A stretch of 63,972 nt of DNA, counting the filler, from an uncultured bacterium (GTDB lineage Bacteria; Latescibacterota; UBA2968): assembly GCA_964471275.1 (NCBI GenBank). It is 4 parts of 4 records of this genome, joined end to end, with 100 filler letters (N's around TTAATTAATTAA, not from the genome) between each part and the next. Parts side by side here need not be neighbours in the genome. Positions count along the whole stretch, not along the records: positions 1 to 18,047 come from CAYYGZ010000073.1; positions 18,148 to 36,130 come from CAYYGZ010000074.1; 2 more parts are not named here. One strand, written 5' to 3'. Shown in pieces: positions 10,125 through 18,827 of this stretch; position 1 is the first letter of the stretch, and each line of letters starts with the position of its first letter. The position numbers and the translations under genes were made by a program. The notes under the pieces are model-generated. The model worked only from the letters and a program-made list of their open reading frames with translations. It was not told the DNA's origin and made no database searches.

Positions 10125-13100
10125 ATGACCAGACCACGACACCGACATACTGCAGGATCGTTTTGGTTGATCCTCTGCCTGATGTGCAGTTCGTCTTCGG
10201 CTCAGTTCTTCAGCGAGACCAACCATCCGGAACTGGAGTGGAATGACATCGAGACCGAACATTTCAAGGTCACATACCACACAGGACTTGAATCATTTGC
10301 CCAGCGTGTCGCCCGGATCGCAGAGGAAATCTACGGACCGATCACCGATCTCTACGACTTCAGACCGAAGGGCAAGCCACGCCTGCTCTGTCGCGACATT
10401 GACGACACCAACAGGAGCGCCTTCTACCCGACGACCAATACGATCGATTTCTGGGCGACCGGGATCACACACGACTTTGACCTGCGCGGTGCGAAGACCG
10501 ACTGGATTCGGAATATCCTGACGCACGAATTCACGCACCTCGTCAACACACAGACCGCTCAAAAGATGCACGGACGAATGCAGGGCCTGTATCTGCAGAC
10601 GTTCCTCTCTCAGGCTGAGAATCGCCGGGAGGACGTAGCGACGGGATTCCCGAACGTTATCGCTTCTGTCATCTTTCCCTCGGAGATCGCGCCGCCGTGG
10701 TTTATCGAAGGGTCAGCACAGTATATGGCTGCGGGCGCCCAGTATGACACCTGGGACAGCCATCGCGACATGATCCTACGTCAGGCCGTACTCAATGGAA
10801 CACTCCTGACCTATGAAGAGATGGGCGTCTTCGGCGCAAAGACGGGTCTGGGCTTCGAGAATGTTTACGACCACGGCTATTCGCTCACGCTGCATATCGT
10901 GAATCAATACGGAGAGACCGCACTGCGGGACCTGCTCCGCGCGATGCAGCCTGCGTGGCGCTATGACTTCGGCGGCGCAATCGAATCGGTTCTCGGTCTC
11001 ACCGGTCAGGAGCTCTACGCAGACTGGAAAGCTACGCTGGTAGAACGCTACCAGATACAACAGGCGGAGCGTGCAGACCGGCTTGCAGAGGGCGACCTAG
11101 TATTCGACGACGGCTACATGAACCTGCACCCTCGCTGGGCGCCGGGAGGTAACCGGATCGCATTTCTCACGAACGCGGGCGGCGACTACGGTCGCACCGG
11201 GTTGATGGTCTACACGATCGAGGACAGCACGAAGAAGGCCGTCGGCCCTGCGCGGACAGCGTTCGATTGGAAGAACTCTGGAGACCAGCTCGTCTACGCA
11301 AATCGCAGCCAACCCAATAAGGCGGGATCCCGGTTCTGGGATCTCTACACGGCGACGCTGTCCGACTCCTCCGGTGTATCGACATGGCAGGCAATCAAGG
11401 GCACGGTGGGACTCTCCACCCCTGTTCCTTCAGGCTTCGGCAGGCTGACCCAAGACGGACGCGCGGCTCACCCCCAATACTCGCCGGATGAGGAACACAT
11501 CGTCTTTGTCCACAATGCGGGCGGGAGCAACAACATTGCCGTACTCGATCTGAAAACGGAAGAGATTCGGTACCTGACAGGGCTTGACGACGGTACCCAG
11601 ATCCACACCCCCGACTGGTCGCCTGATGGCAGGCGAATCGCCTTCTCTATCTTCACCCCCGACGGAGATCGCAGCATCGGCGTGATCCCTTCGGCCGGCG
11701 GCGACTGGGAGTATCTCGTCTCGTCGGACGCAACCGATCGGGATCCACGATGGACGGAGGACGGAACGGGACTGATCTTCTCGTCCGATCAGGAAGGAAT
11801 CTTCGATCTCTTCCACCTGGACCTTGCCACCGGGGACGTCCATCGGATCACGCGTGTCCTCGGTGGGGCCATCCAGCCCGATCCCAGGGCGGGCGACGGT
11901 CTGATCGCCTTCGCGCACTACGGCAAATCGGGATACGAGATCCGTACGATCACAGCAAAGGGCATCTGGGAACGTGTGTCGAAGGAAGCCTTCTCAACGT
12001 CCCGTGCGGTCACCATTGCCCCGAAGGCGCCAGCACCACTCCAGTCGCGCGCCTACGAAACCGCGTTCATGGGCTTCTCGATCTCGCCACGACTTGCGCT
12101 GGACGTCGGCAAGATCAAAGGCGGCTTCTATCTCTACTCCTCGGAAGCGCTCGGCAAGCAGAATCTTTGGATTCAGGGATTGTTTTCTCACGATCGGGAC
12201 ACGGAGTTGTTCGCGTCCTACGAATACAAGAAATGGAAACCGACAGTCTACCTGTCCGCGTTCCGCGTCACGCATCACGTCGAGGAAGACATCGTCGACA
12301 GAGATCGTGATGGTCGCGTCTACAACCGCACATTCTCCCTGAATGGCGTATCGCTCGGGATGCGCAGAAAGCTCGGCTCAGGCAGCACGATCAACACGCA
12401 CTTCGATTACAACCGATTCGGAAACTCGGTCGAGCAATCTCGGTTCAATGGACAGGGACGGGGTGTCATCGGTGCGACATTCCTGAACGGGATCAACCTG
12501 GCTCTCTCCTACCACTACAACAACACACCCCTGGCGATCCGGTCGAACATCAGTCCGGCAGCCGGTAGAGATATCTTCTTCCGGTATAACCGGCATTTCG
12601 ACTTCTTCCTCAAGGGATTCGAACCCAACACCACTATCGTCATCGAACAGTTCCAGAACTTCTTCTACAATGAGTTTTCACTCGACTGGAACGAGTATCT
12701 TGATGGCCCAGGAGAAACGGCACTCGGTCTGAGGGCATTTGGCGCGTGGATGAGCGACGCGGTCAATCACCCCGAGGCTGACGGTTACTTCGACTTCCGA
12801 CTCGGTGGACTCCCTCTTATGAAGGGTTATACCTTCTTCAGCCTCGAGGGAAGCCGGGCAGCGATGATCCGCGGATCATGGAGCCTGCCTATGTGGAAGG
12901 AAATCAACCGTCAGACAGGGCCACTTTACTCGAATCAACTTTATGCTACTGTTTACGGAGGCTTGGGTCGGGCTTGGGATGGGACCGTGGAGGACGACAT
13001 CCTCAAACGAGGGTGGAAGAAGGACGCCGGCCTGCAGATCCGATACGACGCGAATCTCTTCTATGACTATCCGGCGCGTTTCAGCCTCGACGTTGCCTAC

Positions 13101-13214
13101 GGGTTCGACCACGTGCCGCTCACCGATCCGAGCGAGACGCTCGAGAAAAGCGGTGCCAAAATGTACTTCACGCTTCTGTTCGGATTTTTCCCAACCGTAG
13201 GAGCTACACCGTGA
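10125..13214 (+). CDS. Gluzincin-type metallopeptidase domain + PD40 (TolB-like) propeller + Omp85/BamA-like C-terminal barrel
   Basis: LEWNDIETEHFKV, THEFTH and WFIEGSAQY; HPRWAPGG, HPQYSPDE, TPDWSPDG, DPRWTEDG repeats; LGGLPLMKGY and barrel-like C-terminus. Confidence 0.8.
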   Translation: MTRPRHRHTAGSFWLILCLMCSSSSAQFFSETNHPELEWNDIETEHFKVTYHTGLESFAQRVARIAEEIYGPITDLYDFRPKGKPRLLCRDIDDTNRSAFYPTTNTIDFWATGITHDFDLRGAKTDWIRNILTHEFTHLVNTQTAQKMHGRMQGLYLQTFLSQAENRREDVATGFPNVIASVIFPSEIAPPWFIEGSAQYMAAGAQYDTWDSHRDMILRQAVLNGTLLTYEEMGVFGAKTGLGFENVYDHGYSLTLHIVNQYGETALRDLLRAMQPAWRYDFGGAIESVLGLTGQELYADWKATLVERYQIQQAERADRLAEGDLVFDDGYMNLHPRWAPGGNRIAFLTNAGGDYGRTGLMVYTIEDSTKKAVGPARTAFDWKNSGDQLVYANRSQPNKAGSRFWDLYTATLSDSSGVSTWQAIKGTVGLSTPVPSGFGRLTQDGRAAHPQYSPDEEHIVFVHNAGGSNNIAVLDLKTEEIRYLTGLDDGTQIHTPDWSPDGRRIAFSIFTPDGDRSIGVIPSAGGDWEYLVSSDATDRDPRWTEDGTGLIFSSDQEGIFDLFHLDLATGDVHRITRVLGGAIQPDPRAGDGLIAFAHYGKSGYEIRTITAKGIWERVSKEAFSTSRAVTIAPKAPAPLQSRAYETAFMGFSISPRLALDVGKIKGGFYLYSSEALGKQNLWIQGLFSHDRDTELFASYEYKKWKPTVYLSAFRVTHHVEEDIVDRDRDGRVYNRTFSLNGVSLGMRRKLGSGSTINTHFDYNRFGNSVEQSRFNGQGRGVIGATFLNGINLALSYHYNNTPLAIRSNISPAAGRDIFFRYNRHFDFFLKGFEPNTTIVIEQFQNFFYNEFSLDWNEYLDGPGETALGLRAFGAWMSDAVNHPEADGYFDFRLGGLPLMKGYTFFSLEGSRAAMIRGSWSLPMWKEINRQTGPLYSNQLYATVYGGLGRAWDGTVEDDILKRGWKKDAGLQIRYDANLFYDYPARFSLDVAYGFDHVPLTDPSETLEKSGAKMYFTLLFGFFPTVGATP

Positions 13215-13966
13215 CCTTGACGCCCGAACGTATACCGACCAAATCTCGACATATCCTCTGCTTTCTTCAGACTGCTATCCTGCTGATAGCGATCGTGGCG
13301 CTGCCGGACACAGTCACGGCGCAAACCGAAGCGCAGAAGGAAAAATCGCCCAAGAAAGCCTTCTTCATGTCACTCCTGATACCGGGATGGGGTGAGTACT
13401 ATTCGGGGGCGAAGTATCGCGCCGCAGGCTTCATCGGGGCCGAAGCCCTGACCTGGATCGCCTGGTCGGGCTGGCGAGGCAAGGGAGCCGACCTGAGAAG
13501 TGACTTCCGCCGGTTCGCAGATCAGAACTGGGACGAAGCTCGCTATCGGGCCTGGCAGGCCTACAATGCATCCCTACCCACAGGTGCACGGTATATCGAG
13601 ACCGAAACGCTGCCGACAAAGCAGGGAGACATACAGCAGTATTACGAACTGGTCGGCAAGTACGCCCAGTTCATCTACGGATGGATCGATGTGGCCGGAC
13701 GACCGCTTGGTGTAGACAATCAGTCGGTCAATTCGAGTGTTCAGGAGCAGTATGAGACTATGCGAAACGAGAGCAACAAGCACCTCAAGCGCGCATCCGT
13801 CGTGATTGGGTTGACTGTCGTCAACCACGTCATCAGCGCGATCCACGCCTCGACCTACACGAAACGCCTGGCCAGCTCAGAGAGTCGGCGCGTCTGGGTC
13901 GGTCTCCTCCCGTTCTTGCCTGACGGCAGGGACGGGGTCACGGCATCCCTGTCGACTTCGTTCTAG
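13211..13966 (+). CDS. Exported/membrane protein, DUF5683-like (paralog 1)
   Basis: Signal peptide, KSPKKAFFMSLLIPGWGEYY, QQYYELVGKY, NHVISAIHA, ends ASLSTSF. Confidence 0.65.
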   Translation: MTLTPERIPTKSRHILCFLQTAILLIAIVALPDTVTAQTEAQKEKSPKKAFFMSLLIPGWGEYYSGAKYRAAGFIGAEALTWIAWSGWRGKGADLRSDFRRFADQNWDEARYRAWQAYNASLPTGARYIETETLPTKQGDIQQYYELVGKYAQFIYGWIDVAGRPLGVDNQSVNSSVQEQYETMRNESNKHLKRASVVIGLTVVNHVISAIHASTYTKRLASSESRRVWVGLLPFLPDGRDGVTASLSTSF

Positions 13967-13970
13967 AGCC

Positions 13971-14603
13971 GTGCGACGCACCCTACTCATCACAATCGCG
14001 GTCGCGATCCTGGCCGCCCCGCATCCCTCGCTCTCACAGACCCAGAGGAACCCGAAGGCGGCGGCCTTCCTGTCCCTGATCGTCCCCGGGCTCGGCGAGT
14101 TGTATGCTGGCGGCCCCAGATCAGGCCGTTTCTTCCTGTTCACCGAAGCCTCGCTGTGGGCGGGTCTAGCGCTGTTCGAGCATCTGGAAACATCGCGTCG
14201 TGAGAACTTCCGATCCTACGCGGCGGCGCACGCCGGTTTGAGCACAGATGGAAAATCAGACACTTTTCTAGAGGAAGTCACTGCATACGAGAGCATCTAT
14301 GCACGGAATTCGCACGAGAACTTCATCAGAGGCGAGAACGCCGACCTGATGAACGAGTCACTGGAGAACCTGTGGGAATGGGATACGAACGCGTCTCGGA
14401 GCGAATTCCGGGTGCTCAGGCGCAAGGCGAACTCCGCTCGCCAGAAGGGGATGCTCTTCATCGGTGGGCTTCTGTTCAACCGTTTCGCCAGCGCCATCAA
14501 CGCAGCACATATCGCGCGGAAGACGCTCCCCCGTCCTGTGGTTCTCCAGGTCTATCCGCACGCGACCCGCGGCATGCGGGCCAGCCTGACAACGACCTTC
14601 TAA
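13971..14603 (+). CDS. Exported/membrane protein, DUF5683-like (paralog 2)
   Basis: Signal peptide, RNPKAAAFLSLIVPGLGELY, NRFASAINA, ends ASLTTTF. Confidence 0.65.
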   Translation: MRRTLLITIAVAILAAPHPSLSQTQRNPKAAAFLSLIVPGLGELYAGGPRSGRFFLFTEASLWAGLALFEHLETSRRENFRSYAAAHAGLSTDGKSDTFLEEVTAYESIYARNSHENFIRGENADLMNESLENLWEWDTNASRSEFRVLRRKANSARQKGMLFIGGLLFNRFASAINAAHIARKTLPRPVVLQVYPHATRGMRASLTTTF

Positions 14604-14620
14604 GCACGGTCCACTGACAG

Positions 14621-16120
14621 ATGTCGACACGCATTTGCATCACTCAGCTGCTGATTCTCACCCTCTTCTCATTTACAGACGCGGAGCTGCGGCCGGTTTC
14701 CGGCACACACCTGATCCCGCATCTGCCCCGAACCAACCCCGTGTGGACGAAACAGACCTCCGGTGGACCCTTTCAGGTTGGGGATACGTTGACCGTTCCA
14801 GCCTTCAGCTTTGTGCTCTTTGGTGGCGGTCACTACACCACGACTACGACGTGCCGCTACGTCGGCGACAACGCTTACATCTTTGTTGAGGATGAGGTCT
14901 GGGGAGGGCCACGCGTCGACCAGGAACGGATCGATGGGCTGGGAGAGTCCTTCGATGCAGCCACGCCTCGTGATCCGAATCGGGGTATATACGACATAGA
15001 CACCGATCTCTTCGGAGACCCGCCCGATGTCGACGGCGACCCCCGCATCCTCGTTGTCGTTCTGGACATCCTCGATTCCCCGATCACGGGATCCACGTTC
15101 ATCGGCTACTTCGACACAAACAACCAGACCGGCCAGGCTATGCGGGAGATCGTCTACCTTGACACGAATCCCCTGGACATAGAGAGCGATCTGGCGCGCG
15201 CGACCCTTGCGCACGAATTCCAGCACGTGCTTCACTGGTCCGGGGACGAGGACGAAGACAAGTGGGTTGATGAAGGCTGCTCGGAGTATGCAGAACTGGC
15301 GTGCGGATACAAGGACACCACCGAGACTGCCGGTGAAACCTTCCTGATCGCACCGAACGTCGGACTGACGCTCTGGGAAGACCTTCCGTTCGACTTCGAT
15401 CAAACCTATCTCTTCATGACCTACTTCGTACAGCGTTTCGGCGAGTCGTCTCTGAGATCCCTTGTGGGCAATGACCTAAACAGCATAGACGGCATAAACG
15501 CGACGCTCACGTCGCTCGGTGATGTTGCGTTTGACGAGCTGTTCTTCGACTGGTCCGCAGCGACCTTCTTCGATGGTCCGGGGCGGTTTGGTTATGACCG
15601 AATCTCACTCGGCACCGTCGGGCGGGATACCATAAGTGTGTCGGCACGCACGCAGAGGAAGGCACGCCTGTGGGGATCCGACTACCTCTTGCTCGATCAG
15701 CCGGGGCAATACGACGTAACGATCGAAAGCCTGGGGGACAACAGGGTGGCGGCCGTCCTGCTGATGGATGCGCCTGCGGAACTCGGTCAGATCACGATTG
15801 CGGCAGAGGCATTTGGTAGCAAGACGGCGTCTCTGTATACGGCTGGGCTGCAGGGCGTTAGTGTCACAAGCATCTCGGGCACGACAGAGGACTACGCAAT
15901 ATCCTTCACACCGAACACGATCGAGATGGCCTCAGCGGAGGCTGCGGACCCTGACCGTGACGGTGATGTGGATTTCTCCGACTTCCTCAACTTCGCTGAG
16001 CACTTCAGCACTGTGGCGGGTCGGCTGGGCTACGATCCGACCTACGACTACAACGCCGATCGCACCATCGATTTCACAGACTTCCTGATCTTCGCTTCCC
16101 ACTTCGGAACAGCCCTGTAA
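14621..16120 (+). CDS. Secreted zinc metallopeptidase (M30-like) with C-terminal dockerin-like double EF-hand
   Basis: ATLAHEFQHVLH and WVDEGCSEYAE; DPDRDGDVDFSDFLNFAEHF and DYNADRTIDFTDFLIFASHFG. Confidence 0.75.
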   Translation: MSTRICITQLLILTLFSFTDAELRPVSGTHLIPHLPRTNPVWTKQTSGGPFQVGDTLTVPAFSFVLFGGGHYTTTTTCRYVGDNAYIFVEDEVWGGPRVDQERIDGLGESFDAATPRDPNRGIYDIDTDLFGDPPDVDGDPRILVVVLDILDSPITGSTFIGYFDTNNQTGQAMREIVYLDTNPLDIESDLARATLAHEFQHVLHWSGDEDEDKWVDEGCSEYAELACGYKDTTETAGETFLIAPNVGLTLWEDLPFDFDQTYLFMTYFVQRFGESSLRSLVGNDLNSIDGINATLTSLGDVAFDELFFDWSAATFFDGPGRFGYDRISLGTVGRDTISVSARTQRKARLWGSDYLLLDQPGQYDVTIESLGDNRVAAVLLMDAPAELGQITIAAEAFGSKTASLYTAGLQGVSVTSISGTTEDYAISFTPNTIEMASAEAADPDRDGDVDFSDFLNFAEHFSTVAGRLGYDPTYDYNADRTIDFTDFLIFASHFGTAL

Positions 16121-16140
16121 GCGAGTCACCGAACGACAGA

Positions 16141-16170
16141 AGGGCGGACCCCGCAGAGGGTCCCGCCCTT
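16141..16170. terminator. GC-rich hairpin after the porV operon (probable terminator)
   Basis: AGGGCGGACCC...GGGTCCCGCCCT inverted repeat about 20 bp after the stop; U-tract is weak. Confidence 0.55.
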
Positions 16171-16200
16171 CCTGAATAGTTCGCCACAGTCCGGTCGCAC

Positions 16201-16429
16201 CTACACCGTTTCATCCCCCAGGATCTGCCCATCCAGAAGATGTATGACCCTCCCGGCATACCGCGCGTTTAATTCCGCCGAGTGCGTGACCTGAACGATC
16301 GTCGTCCCCTCCTCGTCTAAGGTCTTCAGGTGACCCATCACCTGCTCTCCCTGCTCTGAATTCAGGTTCCCCGTCGGCTCATCGGCAGGGATCAACTTCG
16401 GCTCGATAATCAGCGCACGGGCAACACCG
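16201..16429 (-). pseudogene. C-terminal remnant of an ABC transporter ATPase
   Basis: GVARALIIEPKLIPADEPTGNLNSE...VTHS...IHLLDGQI; in-frame TGA just upstream, no Walker A. Confidence 0.75.
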
Positions 16430-16482
16430 GGTGCTCAACGGTTGCCGTATCACGAACGGCAGAGAAGCTGTGGCATCTCGGT

Positions 16483-17406
16483 TCACACGAGCGCCACGAC
16501 CCGAAGCGCCGCTGGTTGAACAGCCACGTCCAGAGGAACAGGATCGGCTACCTCGCCGTCGACCATCGCGAAGAGCGGATCCGTGGACTCGATGTGGATT
16601 TCGCTTCCCAGCATCATCGTGACGGCTGGATGATCGAGATGTTGACCGATCGCCAGCCGCGGGAGAAGCCCCAGCGCTTCGAGACGACCGACCTGCTTCA
16701 CCACACAGACCTCGAGCTTGCCGTCTGCAAAATCAGCCCCCGGGGCAATCCGGAACCCCCCGCCGTAGGTCTCGATGTTTGCGCAGGCCACAAGTGTTGT
16801 ATCACCGTCACTGACAAGCTTGCCGTCAACTTCCACCCGGACCGGATACCCCTTGAATGTCCGGATGCTCTTCAATGCCTGAATCAGGTACCCACCGATC
16901 CCGGCCACTGCGGAACCATCCGCCGTCAGACGACCAACTTCGGCGTCGAGACCGCACCCGGCAACCGTCGCAAACGGCTTCCCGTTCACGCTGCCGAGAT
17001 CGACTGGTATCGTCTGTCCTGCCGCTATCGAGGCAGCCATTCGTTCCGGAGTAATCTTTCCGCAGACAGCCTTCGCGAAATCGTTCCCTCGCCCCGTCGG
17101 TAGGAGGGCGAGTGCCGCGGTGGAGTTGGCCACAATATCGAGGATGTTCCGAAGGCTGCCATCGCCACCCGCAACCACCAGACATTCGGATCCCGCGAGT
17201 ATGGCATCCTTGGCGACCGTACGAGCCTCGATTGAAGTTCGGGGCACAACCCTTGTCGCCGATACGCCTCTTTCTTGCAGCAGACATTCGAGATCTATCG
17301 CATGTCGTTCTGCCCGGCCCTGCCCGGCCTTGGGATTCGCTATGATCGTGGTCTTCTGCAAAAGAAAAAGGCCCATCTCGGACGGGCCCCCAAGAGTAGA
17401 CGGCAC
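16483..17406 (-). CDS. Diacylglycerol kinase family lipid kinase (YegS/BmrU)
   Basis: NPKAG, AGGDGS, LPTGRGNDFAK, YGGGF, VDGE; start uncertain. Confidence 0.9.
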   Translation of the reverse strand: MPSTLGGPSEMGLFLLQKTTIIANPKAGQGRAERHAIDLECLLQERGVSATRVVPRTSIEARTVAKDAILAGSECLVVAGGDGSLRNILDIVANSTAALALLPTGRGNDFAKAVCGKITPERMAASIAAGQTIPVDLGSVNGKPFATVAGCGLDAEVGRLTADGSAVAGIGGYLIQALKSIRTFKGYPVRVEVDGKLVSDGDTTLVACANIETYGGGFRIAPGADFADGKLEVCVVKQVGRLEALGLLPRLAIGQHLDHPAVTMMLGSEIHIESTDPLFAMVDGEVADPVPLDVAVQPAALRVVALV

Positions 17407-17436
17407 CCGAGGATGCCTTCTGTTGTTGCACGGATC

Positions 17437-18047
17437 TCAGTCCTGTTGATCCATTGCTCCCCGAACGAGGTGATCGAGAAACCAGGGTGCCACAAGCTTT
17501 ACCCAGGGCAGCAGCCTGAGCTTCCAGGGAATCACGATCTCTCGCTCACGTCGCTCGACCCCTTTCACGATGGCTTCACTGCACGCCTCCAGTGAAACCG
17601 ACTCCTTGCTGTGCTCACGTCTGCCTTCTCCGATTCGTTCCCCGTCGTGCGACAACGCGCTCTGCCGGAGCTCTGTCCCCCTCAACCAGTGAGGAAGAGC
17701 CGTTATCACATCGACCCCGGTTCCACGCAACTCTCCACGGATCGTGTCCAGAAAACCTTGCAGGGCGTGCTTGGAAGCGACATATCCGGAATGCAGGGGG
17801 ACGGGAATTTTGCCCTGGATTGACGAGACCGCCACAATCGCGCCCTGGCGTTCTCTCAGATGGGGCAATGCGGCGTGAACACAATTGACGACACCGAGAT
17901 AGTTGACCTCGATCAGTTCACGGAACATTCCAACATCCGGGATGTCCTCGAACTTTGCCCACATACTGACACCTGCGTTCGCCATAAGCACGTCTACACC
18001 ACCATACACGTCGACAGCCTTATCGACCACGCGCTTACAATCCTCGG
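17437..18047 (-). CDS. SDR family oxidoreductase, N-terminus cut by contig end
   Basis: VDVLMANAG, VSSIQG, YVASKHAL (YxxxK). Confidence 0.9.
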
Positions 18048-18147
18048 NNNNNNNNNNNNNNNNNNNNNNNNNNNNNNNNNNNNNNNNNNNNTTAATTAAT
18101 TAANNNNNNNNNNNNNNNNNNNNNNNNNNNNNNNNNNNNNNNNNNNN
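18048..18147. other. Artificial contig linker
   Basis: N run with TTAATTAATTAA (stops in all frames), 100 bp. Confidence 0.97.
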
Positions 18148-18565
18148 TGAAGAGACAGGGGTCGTAGCACGGAACATCGACAAGGCCGTTCGGAACCAAC
18201 GGCGCCCGAAGAACATCAGTCCAAGGTCCTCCAGGAGTGTCGCTCTCAACGATGCCAATCTGGTAAAAGTCCGCCTGCTTATTGACTTCCGAGAAGCACC
18301 AATAGTAGCACCCACCGCTCTCGACCGCATCGGTCGCCCAACAGCCGTCGATCGGTTTTCCGATGTATGTGTCCACCGGTCTTAGGATACTCTCTTGTTG
18401 CCAATTCAAAAGATCGTCCGACGACCAGACCTGCCAGTCTTTCAGAATGAAGTCGGTACTGTCAATCGCGTGGTCATGCGATGCGTAGAGGTAGGCTCTG
18501 TCGTTGTAGATCCGAATGTGTGGATCCGTCAGTCCCATGCCAACGGTGTTGATGACTTCTGCCAT
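18148..18565 (-). CDS. Glycoside hydrolase family 43-like protein, C-terminus cut by contig end
   Basis: TDPHIRIYNDRAYLYASHD, WSSDDLLNW, CWATDA, PGGPWTD, YDPCLF. Confidence 0.85.
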
Positions 18566-18827
18566 TCATTCCTCACGCAGCTTACAGCCATTACTAGCGC
18601 AACACGCTGGCGCCCATTTGACCCGCCCCATCTATAGTGAGGATGCGGGGGTGATTATCACTGAATTTAGGTTCCGGGAGTAGGAGCCTAGTGAATCGTG
18701 ATGTGAATGTCTATGAGATCCCAACGCTTTCTGGCGAGTGACATTCCAAGAACTAGAAGCTTTTGCCTAATTATCTGAGCCGCTCTTCAACTTTTTACAC
18801 GTCCAGACCAGCAGCATGACAGTTCTT

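Noticed and set aside
18048..18147. TTAATTAATTAA palindrome within N runs (also 36131-36230 and 54100-54199)
   Set aside because: Identical 100-bp artificial joins; not biological, and ORFs ending in LIN there are artefacts
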